A program made the position numbers and the translations under genes. This document shows positions 48,598 to 58,757 of a stretch of DNA of 64,000 nt, one piece after another. The notes beneath the pieces are model-generated. The model was not told the DNA's origin. It saw only the letters and a program-made list of their open reading frames with translations, and made no database searches. How positions within the stretch are numbered: the first letter of the stretch is position 1; the number at the start of each line of letters is the position of its first letter. This stretch comes from an uncultured bacterium (GTDB taxonomy: Bacteria; Chloroflexota; UBA5177; JANWHV01): contig CAVSOU010000014.1 in assembly GCA_963729625.1 (NCBI GenBank), positions 64,001 to 128,000 of the forward strand. Direction: 5' to 3'.

Positions 48598-51438
48598 CTA
48601 CCCAGGAACTCCCTGGTCCGCGAGCGCCGCCTGTCCGTCCTTTCTGAGAAGAACCTGGTCGACGACAACTTTGACGTTGTTGGAGGCGGTCCAAACACTT
48701 CCGTGCGCTTCGGGGCGCAGACCTGTCGCGGAATTCGCCGAAACCGCAACCACGGAATTCGCGGGGGCCGGGTAATTCATCGTCAACATTTGTCCATCCG
48801 CCCCGTAGAATGTTGCGCTGACCGTCGTGGAGATGTTTGTCGGGTTGAAGATGTACTCGGTCTCGGTGAACTGAGATGTGTCGCCGGTCGCAAAGGTCCA
48901 CTGGCTGGCGGCGACCTGCCGCCCTTCAATACTGGCGCCGGTGTGGCTACCTACATTCGGCGAACCGCCATAGTACTGGGCTTCCTCCGCAATGACCGGG
49001 ACGTCGCTCACAACATGAACGGCGATGGGGCTACGCTTCACACTCGCAAGCAACGTGTGCAATTCGAAGGTGCCCCGTTGGCCCGCCTCGATTGTCAGGG
49101 GCAGTGTGCCGGTGAGAGGTCCCGATCCGCCGTCCACGGTTGCAGTAATATGGGCAGTTTGCGTCATGGGGTCCACGATGCTGATAAACGACTGATCGCC
49201 CGAGAGTATTGATGCGTAGCCGAAATACCAATCCTTGCCGGGACTGGGGATGCCCGGCTTGACCCCAGCGCCAAACTTGCCGGAGCCGACCCCATCGCCC
49301 CAGTATTCAACGCGCTCGGCGACGATCGGCTGGCTGGCGACGACACTCGTGCTGAAGGACTTACCAGGCAACACGCTGCGAAGGTTGAGCGTGTAGCGTC
49401 CGAAAGGTACGAGCGTCGCCGCGATTGGAACGGACGAGCCGACCGTCGGATACAGGGTGACAGTCATGGTCACCGGCTGCGCGAATGGATTCAACACGGT
49501 GAGGTACGGCTGGAACGTAACGCCGCTGTACCCTTCGGCAAAGTACCAGGTCGACTGCGGCGCGGCCTGTCCCGGGCTGAAGTCAGAGTCGAGAATCTGC
49601 TGCTTGGCGTTAGTCCGCGTAATAGTTCGCTCCGCAAAAATAGGCACGCTTGCCTTTACGATGGCGGACACGATCTTATCCGGGCCGACATCGTTGTTCA
49701 CATCCTCGATGACGACGCTGTGCGCTGCCAGCGATATCGGCACGGAGCGTGTGCTCCCGTCTGGCAGCTGGTAACTGATCGTGCCCTGAGAGGCCACGTT
49801 TCCCACGTTCAACAGCCCGATGGTCTCATGGAAGAAGACGTTGGGTCCCTGACCGGTGTAGCCTTCCGCGAAGTACCACTGGCTACTGGCCCGCAGCGAC
49901 ACGGTGATTCCGGCATCAACCACGATATTCGACCGCATGCCCTGAACCTGGACCGAATATGGTCCCGGTGCCATTCCCAACGGCAACACAAGAGTGGCGC
50001 TAAATGCGCCCGTGGCATCCGTAGCAGGTAGCGGTCCCTGTACGCTGAGCACCGTCCCGCTGATCGAGAACGTAACGGGCTCGCTTCCGCCAAAGCCCTG
50101 GCCCGATGCGGTCACGAAAGCGCCCGGAGAGGCGTCAGTTGGATTGATCGCAAAAGAGGGAGGAACCTGGGCGTTCAGCGTGTAGCTCGCGCTGGCATGA
50201 TCGCCGCCCGTCCCGCTGATGGACAAGGAATACGGTATTCCCGGCTGTAGTGTGGGCAGGAGCGTCACGGTCGCCGTGAACGCTCCCGTGGCGTCTGGTA
50301 CTCCAACGGAGCCAACAGGCGGCTTGAACAGCCGCGTGGTGATGAACAAGTTCTCGTGCGGCACGAAGCCCGAGCCGGTGATGGTAACCTGGGACCCTGG
50401 GATCGCTGCCTGCGGAGATATCGTTATTCGGGCGTAGGCCGCGAACGTGACGATTCCAACCGCCGATGCTCCGCTCGTGATGCCACGGGCAGTGATCGTG
50501 CCCGGGCGTATTGGATCGGCCTGGTGGGGAATGTTGATTCGAGCGGTGGCGGATCCCGCGCTACCGGCATCGGTGGGCGTATTCGTCAGCGCAAAAGAAT
50601 TGAGTCCGGTGTCGTAGTATTTCAACGCAAACGTCACTGGCTCGCCGGCTTGAAACCCGTTCGCTTCCACCGTCACTGTTGCCCCGACCGGCGCGGGATT
50701 TGGCGAGATGCCGACTGAACCTGGAGGCGCAAGCACATCGAGCGTAATAGACGCCGAATCAGCCACGCCCAATCCGTTCGCGCTTCCCGCGAGCAGCAGC
50801 AGTTGATTGCCGGCCGGGGCTTCGGCCGGAAGGGTTAGCGACAACGCGGCGTTCCCAGCTTCGTCCGCGACCGCGTTGGTCACGGCGCCGGCGGGAAGCG
50901 GCTGACCTCCAAGCGTCGCCGAGAGCGTGTCGAGGGGCGCAAAGCCGGATCCATGGATCGTCATCTGGGTGCCAGCAGTGCCGACAAGACCCATACCCCC
51001 GACTATCGCTGCATGTAGCACGGTCCCGGTAATCAATTGGGCGGCCCCCAGGCCGGAGTTGCCGACTTCCGAAGCAACGACCCTGTTAACTCCCTGCACG
51101 TCGATGCCGAACGGAAGGCGGAGAGGCGAGCCCCCCGCACCGCCCACTGTCCCGTTCGAATCCGTTGCAAGATAGCCGATAGTTGACACTCCGGAACTCG
51201 TCTCCACACTGACGGCAACGCTGACGGGCTTCCCAGGGGAGCCAGGGTCAAAGCCGGTGCCGCGCACCTGGATGACGCCGTGCGGCACGACCATCGTCGG
51301 GCTAACGCTTATCGACGGAGCGGGCGTGTGAGCGTGGCGAGCCGAGACTGATGTTGGCACGCACAGCGCCGCAAGCAGCAGGCAGGCCGCGGATGCCCGG
51401 GTCATAACAGTGTTCACAAGACTCCGTCTTTTGTTCAC
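48598..51438 (-). CDS. Secreted surface protein: tandem Ig-like repeats plus four WYFAEG-type (DUF5719-like) repeats
   Basis: Signal peptide; ISP...PG..VT..G.GF.P.E repeats; QWYFAEG, TWYFAEG, DWYFGY, QWTFATG. Confidence 0.78.
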   Translation of the reverse strand: MNKRRSLVNTVMTRASAACLLLAALCVPTSVSARHAHTPAPSISVSPTMVVPHGVIQVRGTGFDPGSPGKPVSVAVSVETSSGVSTIGYLATDSNGTVGGAGGSPLRLPFGIDVQGVNRVVASEVGNSGLGAAQLITGTVLHAAIVGGMGLVGTAGTQMTIHGSGFAPLDTLSATLGGQPLPAGAVTNAVADEAGNAALSLTLPAEAPAGNQLLLLAGSANGLGVADSASITLDVLAPPGSVGISPNPAPVGATVTVEANGFQAGEPVTFALKYYDTGLNSFALTNTPTDAGSAGSATARINIPHQADPIRPGTITARGITSGASAVGIVTFAAYARITISPQAAIPGSQVTITGSGFVPHENLFITTRLFKPPVGSVGVPDATGAFTATVTLLPTLQPGIPYSLSISGTGGDHASASYTLNAQVPPSFAINPTDASPGAFVTASGQGFGGSEPVTFSISGTVLSVQGPLPATDATGAFSATLVLPLGMAPGPYSVQVQGMRSNIVVDAGITVSLRASSQWYFAEGYTGQGPNVFFHETIGLLNVGNVASQGTISYQLPDGSTRSVPISLAAHSVVIEDVNNDVGPDKIVSAIVKASVPIFAERTITRTNAKQQILDSDFSPGQAAPQSTWYFAEGYSGVTFQPYLTVLNPFAQPVTMTVTLYPTVGSSVPIAATLVPFGRYTLNLRSVLPGKSFSTSVVASQPIVAERVEYWGDGVGSGKFGAGVKPGIPSPGKDWYFGYASILSGDQSFISIVDPMTQTAHITATVDGGSGPLTGTLPLTIEAGQRGTFELHTLLASVKRSPIAVHVVSDVPVIAEEAQYYGGSPNVGSHTGASIEGRQVAASQWTFATGDTSQFTETEYIFNPTNISTTVSATFYGADGQMLTMNYPAPANSVVAVSANSATGLRPEAHGSVWTASNNVKVVVDQVLLRKDGQAALADQGVPG

Positions 51439-51623
51439 GTTCTTTCCCTACACTAATGGAGTTGCATCCTTGAGGTCTGATATGAGGGCCACGCCTCTGG
51501 GTGTAACCGACTCGCTGGTACCATGGCAACGTACACGGGCGCAGCGCGACTGTTGGAGCTTGTTCCGAGTCCCGTCCGCGGTCCGGAAGCGAGTTCGTGC
51601 CGCCACCACGATTGGAGTGTAGT

Positions 51624-53033
51624 ATGGTCGAAGCCGCCGGGGTAGATTACCTTCGGGCTTTCCCTGATTTCGAGCAGGGAAATGTGACCGCTGCCGAGGC
51701 GCTTGGGCTTTCGCGCGTGCTGGCACTGCTCGAGGCGGTAGGATCACCTCATCTGCGGCTGCCGGTGGTTCATATCGCCGGTACGAAGGGCAAAGGTTCG
51801 ACTGCAGCATCAGTGGCCGCTATTGCAATGGCGGCGGGCTACCGGACAGGCTTGTTTACCCAGCCGCATCTCGTGAGGTTGAACGAACGGTTCGCCGTAG
51901 ATGGCAAGTTCCTGGACGATGCGACGTTGTCAACGATAATGCTCGCACAAATCAAGCCTGCCGTGGAGCGGATCGCCCAACGCGGTGTCTTGGGCATACA
52001 ACAGTTCGAAGCGCAAGTGGCTCTGGCCTTGCTCTGGTTTGAGGCCGCGCACGTCGATGTCGCCGTGCTCGAGGTCGGGCTGGGGGGCAGATTAGACGCG
52101 ACAAACGTCGTGCCTTGCCCGCTCGTTACGGTGTTGACAAGTATCGGGCTCGACCACACCGCCATCCTCGGTGCCACTCTTCCGCTGATAGCCGCGGAGA
52201 AGGCTGCAATTGTCAAGGCCCAGGTGCCGGTTGTGGCTTCGCCGCAAAAGGCCGAAGTGGTTCGAGTCTTCGAAGAACGTTGCCGGCGGATGAACGCGCC
52301 TCTCCTGCTTGGAGACAGGGATTGGCAAGTAACTGCAGCGCGGACCGACATTTCCGGCACGAGCTTCGACCTGCGATTTGACGTAGGAGAAAATGGGCCA
52401 AGAGGGAGCAGCTCAGCCGTGAGCAAACTACAGGTCCCAAGTAGCGATTCAGGCCTCCGAGCATTGCGTACGCCGTTGCGGGGCGTGTACCAGGCCTGGA
52501 ACGGTGCCGCGGCAGCAGTGGCGTCGCTGGTGATCGCCAGACGGCTTACTCGTATTGACGAGATGGCGATCAGGCGCGGGCTTGCGTGGACTGCATGGCC
52601 GGGCCGGCTGCAGACAATTGCTGTCAATCCGACAGTCATCGTCGATGGAGCGCATACCCCCGAGTCGGCCGCAGTGCTCTCCGTCGCGGTATCTGAGCTG
52701 TACCGTGGCAGGAAGATCGTGCTCGTTTGCGGTGTGCAGGCTGACAAGGACATACCGGGCATCGCCGAGCCACTTGCGAGGCTGGCCAGCCAGGTCGTCG
52801 CCACTGCGGCCCATCATAGACGAGCCGCTACCTCGCTTGCCGTCGCCAGTGCCTTCCGTGCCACCGGGCATGCCCACGTGGTGCAAAGGTCTGAGCCGAT
52901 GGATGCGATGGCTCTAGCACTCACCATGGCTGGAGCTGACGGCGTCGTTCTTGTCACAGGCTCACTCTATCTCGTCGGGGCGGTCCTCGAGGGTGCCGGC
53001 GTGGATCCTTGGACGCCGTTCCACGAGAGATGA
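51624..53033 (+). CDS. folC: Folylpolyglutamate synthase/dihydrofolate synthase
   Basis: HIAGTKGKGS, EVGLGGRLDATN, IGLDH, WPGR, DGAHTP. Confidence 0.95.
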   Translation: MVEAAGVDYLRAFPDFEQGNVTAAEALGLSRVLALLEAVGSPHLRLPVVHIAGTKGKGSTAASVAAIAMAAGYRTGLFTQPHLVRLNERFAVDGKFLDDATLSTIMLAQIKPAVERIAQRGVLGIQQFEAQVALALLWFEAAHVDVAVLEVGLGGRLDATNVVPCPLVTVLTSIGLDHTAILGATLPLIAAEKAAIVKAQVPVVASPQKAEVVRVFEERCRRMNAPLLLGDRDWQVTAARTDISGTSFDLRFDVGENGPRGSSSAVSKLQVPSSDSGLRALRTPLRGVYQAWNGAAAAVASLVIARRLTRIDEMAIRRGLAWTAWPGRLQTIAVNPTVIVDGAHTPESAAVLSVAVSELYRGRKIVLVCGVQADKDIPGIAEPLARLASQVVATAAHHRRAATSLAVASAFRATGHAHVVQRSEPMDAMALALTMAGADGVVLVTGSLYLVGAVLEGAGVDPWTPFHER

Positions 53034-53968
53034 GCAAGAACCCTCTGCTCGTAGTTACTGGCCCAACGGCGAGCGGCAAGACCGTGGTGGGAATCGACGT
53101 CGCTCGTGCGTTCGACGGCGAGATCGTTAATGCCGATTCCCGCCAGGTCTACCGTGGAATGGATGTGGGTACAGCGAAGCCGACGGCGGTCGAGCAAGCG
53201 GAGGCCAAGCACCATCTTCTCGACATCGTCGAGCCGGATGAGGACTTCTCGCTTGGCCTGTACATCAAGCTGGCGCATGCCGCAATCGCGGAGATTCATG
53301 CGCGAGGAAAGCTTCCGCTGCTCGTCGGCGGGACGGGCCTCTACGCACGGGCAGTAAGCCAGGGCTTCGACGTGCCGGAGGTTGCACCAAACCGTGACCT
53401 TCGTCGCAGGCTGGAGAATGAGGCAGCGGAGGATGGCCCTGTCGCCTTGCTGGAGCGGCTCAAGACCGTCGACCCGGTGAGCGCCGCCCGTATCGACCGG
53501 CATAACGTCCGGCGGATTATTCGCGCAATTGAGGTGACGGAGGCGCTGGGGGAGCCGTTCTCGGCCCGCCGGCGCAGCGCGGCGCAGTACGATTCACTCA
53601 CGATAGTCCTTGTCGCCGACAAGCCTCTGCTGTTCGAGAGGGCTGACGAGCGCCTGACTGCCATGATGCGCAACGGGTTCCTGTCCGAGGTGGCGCGTCT
53701 TCTCAATGCCGGATACAGCCTGGAACTGCCGTCCATGTCCGCGGTGGGCTACCGTGAGCTTGCTCGTCACCTACGAGCCGAATGCGTGTTGAAGGAGGCG
53801 CTCGAGGCTACGCGGAGCAGTACGCGCGCGTTCATCAAGCGCCAGCTGACGTGGTTCAGGGCGGACGCCGGAGTCCGCCGAGTGGATATCTCGCACGGTG
53901 ACGTGAACGAGACTGCGCGCCGGCTGGTAGGTAGGTGGCTCGCATCGACAGCTGGCGGGAGATCGTGA
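53030..53968 (+). CDS. miaA: tRNA dimethylallyltransferase
   Basis: GPTASGKT, DSRQVYRGMDVGTAKP, VGGTGLY, KRQLTWF. Confidence 0.97.
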   Translation: MSKNPLLVVTGPTASGKTVVGIDVARAFDGEIVNADSRQVYRGMDVGTAKPTAVEQAEAKHHLLDIVEPDEDFSLGLYIKLAHAAIAEIHARGKLPLLVGGTGLYARAVSQGFDVPEVAPNRDLRRRLENEAAEDGPVALLERLKTVDPVSAARIDRHNVRRIIRAIEVTEALGEPFSARRRSAAQYDSLTIVLVADKPLLFERADERLTAMMRNGFLSEVARLLNAGYSLELPSMSAVGYRELARHLRAECVLKEALEATRSSTRAFIKRQLTWFRADAGVRRVDISHGDVNETARRLVGRWLASTAGGRS

Positions 53969-55575
53969 TGCCGCTTCCGTTGGCGGGCCGGGCGCGGGTT
54001 GCAATGGGTCTGCCGTTATCGGTCGGCTTCGGGCTCCTTTGCCTGTACCTTTTGACTTTTCCAGGCAGCATATCACCGCATTCAAGCGACGGGCGTGCAA
54101 TGTATCTCGTCACGCAATCGCTCGTCGACCGGCGAGACATCGCCATCCAACCATCGATGCCGAGCGAAGTCGCCGTGGCACCTGGCTGGCGCACCATTCC
54201 TATTCCTCGGACGTCCTGCCCCACGGAGCCCGCCGTAATCGGCATTGGGCAGAGCGCTGGAGGGCCGTTCTACAGCAAGTACGGCATCGGCCAGTCAGTG
54301 GCAGCCATCCCCCTGTACGTGGCGGGGCTCGCGGTGGCGCATCTGGTTCCGGCAGCTGTGCGCAACGAAGCTGCCACGTTCGTCACTAGCGCCTACACAT
54401 CGGTGATCACGGCGCTGACCTCGGCACTGCTCTGCGCGCTGGCCCTGCGACTCGGCTGGACGCGAATGGTAGCCTTGTCGCTTGCGGTACTTTATGGCGT
54501 GTCGACACCTGCGTGGGCCTATACGACCAGCTTTTTCAGCGAGCCGACTGTCGCACTTTTCCTGCTGGGCGCACTCGCGGCGGTGATGTGGGACGTCGAC
54601 GTGGGATCACCGGTTGCGGCCCTCTTGGCGGGCTGCTGCCTCGGCGGGGCAATACTGACGCACGCGGCGGACACTGCGTTTTACGTGCCGCTTTTCATTC
54701 TGTACGTGGCGGTGCAGTCAAACCCGCACCGTCGAATCGGGTTGATCGTGGCGGTGGCCGCGCCTGTTCTGGTTGCCCTCGGCGTCTGTGCTTGGTACGA
54801 CGTGGCGCGATTCGGCTCGCCGCTCACGACGGGCTATGGAATTGTCGGCGACGTGCACGATCTGCACCCGCCTCACACCCTGCAAGCATTCTGGGAGGGA
54901 GTCTACGGCCCGCTTCTGAGCCCAGGTAAGGGGCTCGTGTTGTACGCTCCCGTCCTTCTGCTTCTGCCCTGGGCACTGGCTCGCTTCTGGAGAAGCGCTG
55001 CTCCCGCAGCATGGCTCATCGCAGGCGTCCTGGCCGTCGCGGTGCTCGCCCACGCGAACACGCTGATCGTGTGGCTCGGGGGGTGGGCCTGGGGGCCTCG
55101 CTTCATGATCCCGGTGCTACCGATACTCGTCCTTCCGCTGGGCGCGCTTCTCGACGGTTGTCGTGTCGCAGTGCGACGACTATTCTGGATTGTTGGCGCG
55201 CTCGGCACACTCGTTCAGGTGCCCGCGGTGATCCTCGACAAGAACGCGTACATAGCTTTCCTCGCCACGAACCGATGCATCTGGGATGCCGAGAACCTCT
55301 ACAAGTGGCACCCCGCGTACTCACCGCTGATCGGACAATGGGAGCGTGTGCTCGACCGTTCGACCTACTCCGTGCATAGCCTGGCGGACCGCGGCCCCAC
55401 TGCCTTCAACATAGCCACCGGTATCTTCGTTCCCGCGCCACGCCCATGGTGGTCGCTGCTCTCGGACCAGGGCGCAAGGCACCCAGTGCTCGTTGTCGTC
55501 ATCGCCATTCTGGCCGCGGGCACGGCACTTGCGGCAAGCGCGGCCCTTCGCTTGGCTCGACCTGCCCGAGACTAA
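53965..55575 (+). CDS. Integral membrane GT-C-type (PMT-like) glycosyltransferase, putative
   Basis: Many TMs; SSDG loop, YSKYGIGQS, FSEP, SPGKGL..YAP, WAWGPRF. Confidence 0.65.
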   Translation: MMPLPLAGRARVAMGLPLSVGFGLLCLYLLTFPGSISPHSSDGRAMYLVTQSLVDRRDIAIQPSMPSEVAVAPGWRTIPIPRTSCPTEPAVIGIGQSAGGPFYSKYGIGQSVAAIPLYVAGLAVAHLVPAAVRNEAATFVTSAYTSVITALTSALLCALALRLGWTRMVALSLAVLYGVSTPAWAYTTSFFSEPTVALFLLGALAAVMWDVDVGSPVAALLAGCCLGGAILTHAADTAFYVPLFILYVAVQSNPHRRIGLIVAVAAPVLVALGVCAWYDVARFGSPLTTGYGIVGDVHDLHPPHTLQAFWEGVYGPLLSPGKGLVLYAPVLLLLPWALARFWRSAAPAAWLIAGVLAVAVLAHANTLIVWLGGWAWGPRFMIPVLPILVLPLGALLDGCRVAVRRLFWIVGALGTLVQVPAVILDKNAYIAFLATNRCIWDAENLYKWHPAYSPLIGQWERVLDRSTYSVHSLADRGPTAFNIATGIFVPAPRPWWSLLSDQGARHPVLVVVIAILAAGTALAASAALRLARPARD

Positions 55576-55619
55576 GGCCGTGGCGTCGTCGATGCCGACC
55601 CGCCGTGACGTGCGGCCAG

Positions 55620-57041
55620 CTATTTGCCGATACAGAAGTCGGCAAAGATGCGGTCGAGCACCGCTTCGCTGACATTCAGGCCGGTCACGCTGCCCAGGGC
55701 ATCAAGCGCCTCGCGCAAGTCGATGCAGACGAGTTCCACGGGCCTCCGCTCCGTCAGACCATGAATGGTTCTATCGAGACCTTCGACCGCATCGCGAAGA
55801 GCCTGCGCCTGTCGAGCATTCTCGACCAGCGTGTCCTCGGCGTTCAGAGAGCCATCGCCGAGCGCCGCGCGTGCCAACGCATCCTCGAGAGCGTCGAGCC
55901 CCTCGCCGGATACGGCGGAACATCGCACGGTGTCTGTAGGGCGCCAAGGAGTGATGGCGACGCCGATCTCAGCGCCGGGAGCATACACGGGCCTGGCGGA
56001 CAAGTCACACTTGTTCTCCGCGATGATCAGCGGAGCAGTCGGTGCCAATTGTCGCACGATCGTTGCCGCATCGAGATCCGCCGGATCGATCGCGCTCGTC
56101 GAGTCGACGGTAAGGACGACAACCCCAGCGGATCGTATCGCTGCCCGACTGCGTTCAACTCCCATCTTCTCGACCAAGTCGTCGGTACCGGTAAGGCCGG
56201 CGGTGTCGACAAGGAACATCGGCAAACCGTGGATATCCGCAGCCTCCTCGAGCGTATCCCGAGTGGTGCCGGCGACCGGCGTAACGATTGCCCGGTCCCG
56301 TCGCAACAATGCGTTGAGCAGGCTAGACTTGCCGACATTGGGCTTGCCCGCGAGCACGACCCTCACGCCGTCACGTAAGAGGGCTCCGTGCGCGGCCCGA
56401 CTGAGGAGAGCTGCAACGCGAGCGCGTGCGTCGCCTAGCGCCTGGATATGCTCTTCGGTTTGCTTCTCCGGCAGGCCTTCCTCGACGAAGTCGATTGTTG
56501 CTTCGAAATACGCGAGCGCTCCGGTCACGATACGCACAATCGGCTCCAGGCGCATCCCAAGCGCTCCGGTCACACCTTGCGCGGCGACCTGCGCCGCGGT
56601 AGGACTTCGCGCACGGACGAGCTCCACCACCGATTCGGCCTGCGCAAGGTCCAGCCTGCCGTTGAGAAAGGCACGCAGCGTGAACTCGCCGCGTTTCGCG
56701 AGGACTGCTCCGGATTCAAGGCAGCACCCGACGATCGCCTGCAAGACCACGGGGCTGCCGTGGCACTGAAACTCCACAACATCCTCGCCGGTATACGAGT
56801 GGGGCGCAGCCATGTAACACATCAGGCAGTCGTCCAGCATCGCGTTTGTCCGCGGATTGCGCGCGACTCCGTGCACGAGCCGGTGGCTCCGCAGCCGAAC
56901 CGACCGGCGGTCAGGCGAAAACAACGTGAGCGCAATCGCCCGCGCCGCCGGGCCGCTCAGGCGAACGATCCCGATGCCACCTTCGCCCGGGGGAGTCGCG
57001 ACGGCGACGACAGTTGTATCAGAGCCGATCATACTCCACAA
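55620..57041 (-). CDS. mnmE: tRNA modification GTPase MnmE
   Basis: ATPPGEGGIGIVRLSG, GKPNVGKSS, GTTRD, DTAG, C-terminal FCIGK. Confidence 0.97.
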   Translation of the reverse strand: MWSMIGSDTTVVAVATPPGEGGIGIVRLSGPAARAIALTLFSPDRRSVRLRSHRLVHGVARNPRTNAMLDDCLMCYMAAPHSYTGEDVVEFQCHGSPVVLQAIVGCCLESGAVLAKRGEFTLRAFLNGRLDLAQAESVVELVRARSPTAAQVAAQGVTGALGMRLEPIVRIVTGALAYFEATIDFVEEGLPEKQTEEHIQALGDARARVAALLSRAAHGALLRDGVRVVLAGKPNVGKSSLLNALLRRDRAIVTPVAGTTRDTLEEAADIHGLPMFLVDTAGLTGTDDLVEKMGVERSRAAIRSAGVVVLTVDSTSAIDPADLDAATIVRQLAPTAPLIIAENKCDLSARPVYAPGAEIGVAITPWRPTDTVRCSAVSGEGLDALEDALARAALGDGSLNAEDTLVENARQAQALRDAVEGLDRTIHGLTERRPVELVCIDLREALDALGSVTGLNVSEAVLDRIFADFCIGK

Positions 57042-57861
57042 GTCGCCGTTCGGCCTGCTCGAAGGTCGGAATCCCCTCGATGCCGAAATGCTCTACATGG
57101 AACGAAGCGACAACCGCGGCGAAGCGGGCAGCAGCAATCGCGTCCTTCGTGCTGTAGTACCGAATTAGGAATGCTGCGGAGAACACATCGCCGGCGCCAT
57201 TGTCGTCGACCTCGTCAACCGGAAATGCCGGGATCTTGGTTGATCTGTCGCCCTCAAACACGGTTGCACCGTGATTGCCGTCGGTCAGGACGACAATCTT
57301 ATGAGCCGCACGATAGAAACCGATAACCCCCCGCTGTTCGCCAATATCCTCTTCACTCAGGAAGCTGATTTCGACGGGGGGCGCCCATGCCAGCATCTTG
57401 TCCGCGGCAAGTGGGTGAACGTGCCCGTCCGATCCCCAATCTCGGAGCCAGCCTTGCACGGACGCTCCACGCAGCGAGCCCTCAAATGATGCGATCAGGT
57501 CATGATCGATTTCCTGCGCCAGAGGACCGAAATGAACCAACGGCATGTTCTTCCACTCGGGAGGAACACTGTTCGACCGAAGCGGCGCCGCTACATCGGT
57601 GATGTACTGCTCACGCACGCCGTTCACGAAGACATGCGTGAACGTACACCAGACGGAAGACGGCACGTTATGTACTCTGACGCCGCTTGGAATCACACTG
57701 GACACGCCTTCTTCGGGCATGCTGGTCAGCACGTGCACGTCGGCGCCGAGGCGCAGCGCGGTGACCGCCGCGAACAGCGCGGTGCCGCCCCATTCTCGCC
57801 CATTTGGTGTGTGGTCTACGGTGACGTGACCAATGACCAGATACGGAATAGTGTCGCTCAC
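57019..57861 (-). CDS. PfkB family carbohydrate kinase
   Basis: IGHVTVD, GGT, DDNGAGDVFSAAF; GTGA overlap with the jag stop. Confidence 0.88.
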   Translation of the reverse strand: MSDTIPYLVIGHVTVDHTPNGREWGGTALFAAVTALRLGADVHVLTSMPEEGVSSVIPSGVRVHNVPSSVWCTFTHVFVNGVREQYITDVAAPLRSNSVPPEWKNMPLVHFGPLAQEIDHDLIASFEGSLRGASVQGWLRDWGSDGHVHPLAADKMLAWAPPVEISFLSEEDIGEQRGVIGFYRAAHKIVVLTDGNHGATVFEGDRSTKIPAFPVDEVDDNGAGDVFSAAFLIRYYSTKDAIAAARFAAVVASFHVEHFGIEGIPTFEQAERRLVEYDRL

Positions 57862-58757
57862 CGCGCGCCCTGGCGTGGCGAGATGACAACACACCGGTTT
57901 GGCTCCTCGCCGACGCTGTTCGTGACGACCCACGGACTGTTCTGCAGCGTCATGTGGACGACACGCCGCTCGTTGGCTGGCATCGGATCGAGCTTGATCT
58001 CGTGGTGGATTTGACGAACGCGCGACGCTTGGCGATTGGCGAGCGAACGCAAAGTCTCCTCCCGGCGAACGCGGTAGTGTTCTACGTCCACAATGACTTT
58101 GCACCATCGATTGACTCGGCGCCCCACGATCGCGTTGACCAGATACTGCAGCGACCCCAGCGTGTCACCGTGCCTGCCGATCAGAAGGCCGAGGTCGTCA
58201 CCGAGCACGTCCACGACGACTGGATTGGCAGAGCTACGAATGGTTGCCGACGCGGTGAGTCCCATCCGAGTGAGGAGCTCGCGTACTACCTCCACGGCGA
58301 CCTCGGCGACGGCGCTGTTGTCGGGTCGCGCGATCTCCTGCTGATCGCCGTTCTGCTGTTCATCGTCGACATACGCAGTCGGTGCGGAAGCCAGTACTGA
58401 TTCCACAGCCGCGATCGGCAGGTCTCTACCAGCTTCAGCCGCCTGTTTTCGCGCGCGCGACACCAATGGCGACTGTTCGGCGCCAGGGTCGAGCGCGTCA
58501 CGCGTCTGCACGGCGGGCGACTGTTGCGAAGCCGGGCGCGCGACTTCGGGTGCACGCCGGGACAGGATTGCCTTGGGCATCGCGAGGATTCGGGCATTCT
58601 CGCCGCCCATCCCCAGGAAGCCCTTGCTGCCTTCGCTGATGACGGTGACGTCGATTTCGTCTGCCGACAATCCGAGGCGCTGCTGCGCTTCCAATATGGC
58701 GTCGGCGACCGTCTTGGCGCTCACAGTAATGCTCTGGCTGCCCCGCTCACTCGTCAC
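57858..58757 (-). CDS. jag: RNA-binding protein Jag/EloR (KhpB)
   Basis: Jag_N (KTVADAI, KGFLG), KH (LIGRHG.TL..LQ), R3H (ERRVVH). Confidence 0.95.
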   Translation of the reverse strand: MTSERGSQSITVSAKTVADAILEAQQRLGLSADEIDVTVISEGSKGFLGMGGENARILAMPKAILSRRAPEVARPASQQSPAVQTRDALDPGAEQSPLVSRARKQAAEAGRDLPIAAVESVLASAPTAYVDDEQQNGDQQEIARPDNSAVAEVAVEVVRELLTRMGLTASATIRSSANPVVVDVLGDDLGLLIGRHGDTLGSLQYLVNAIVGRRVNRWCKVIVDVEHYRVRREETLRSLANRQASRVRQIHHEIKLDPMPANERRVVHMTLQNSPWVVTNSVGEEPNRCVVISPRQGAR

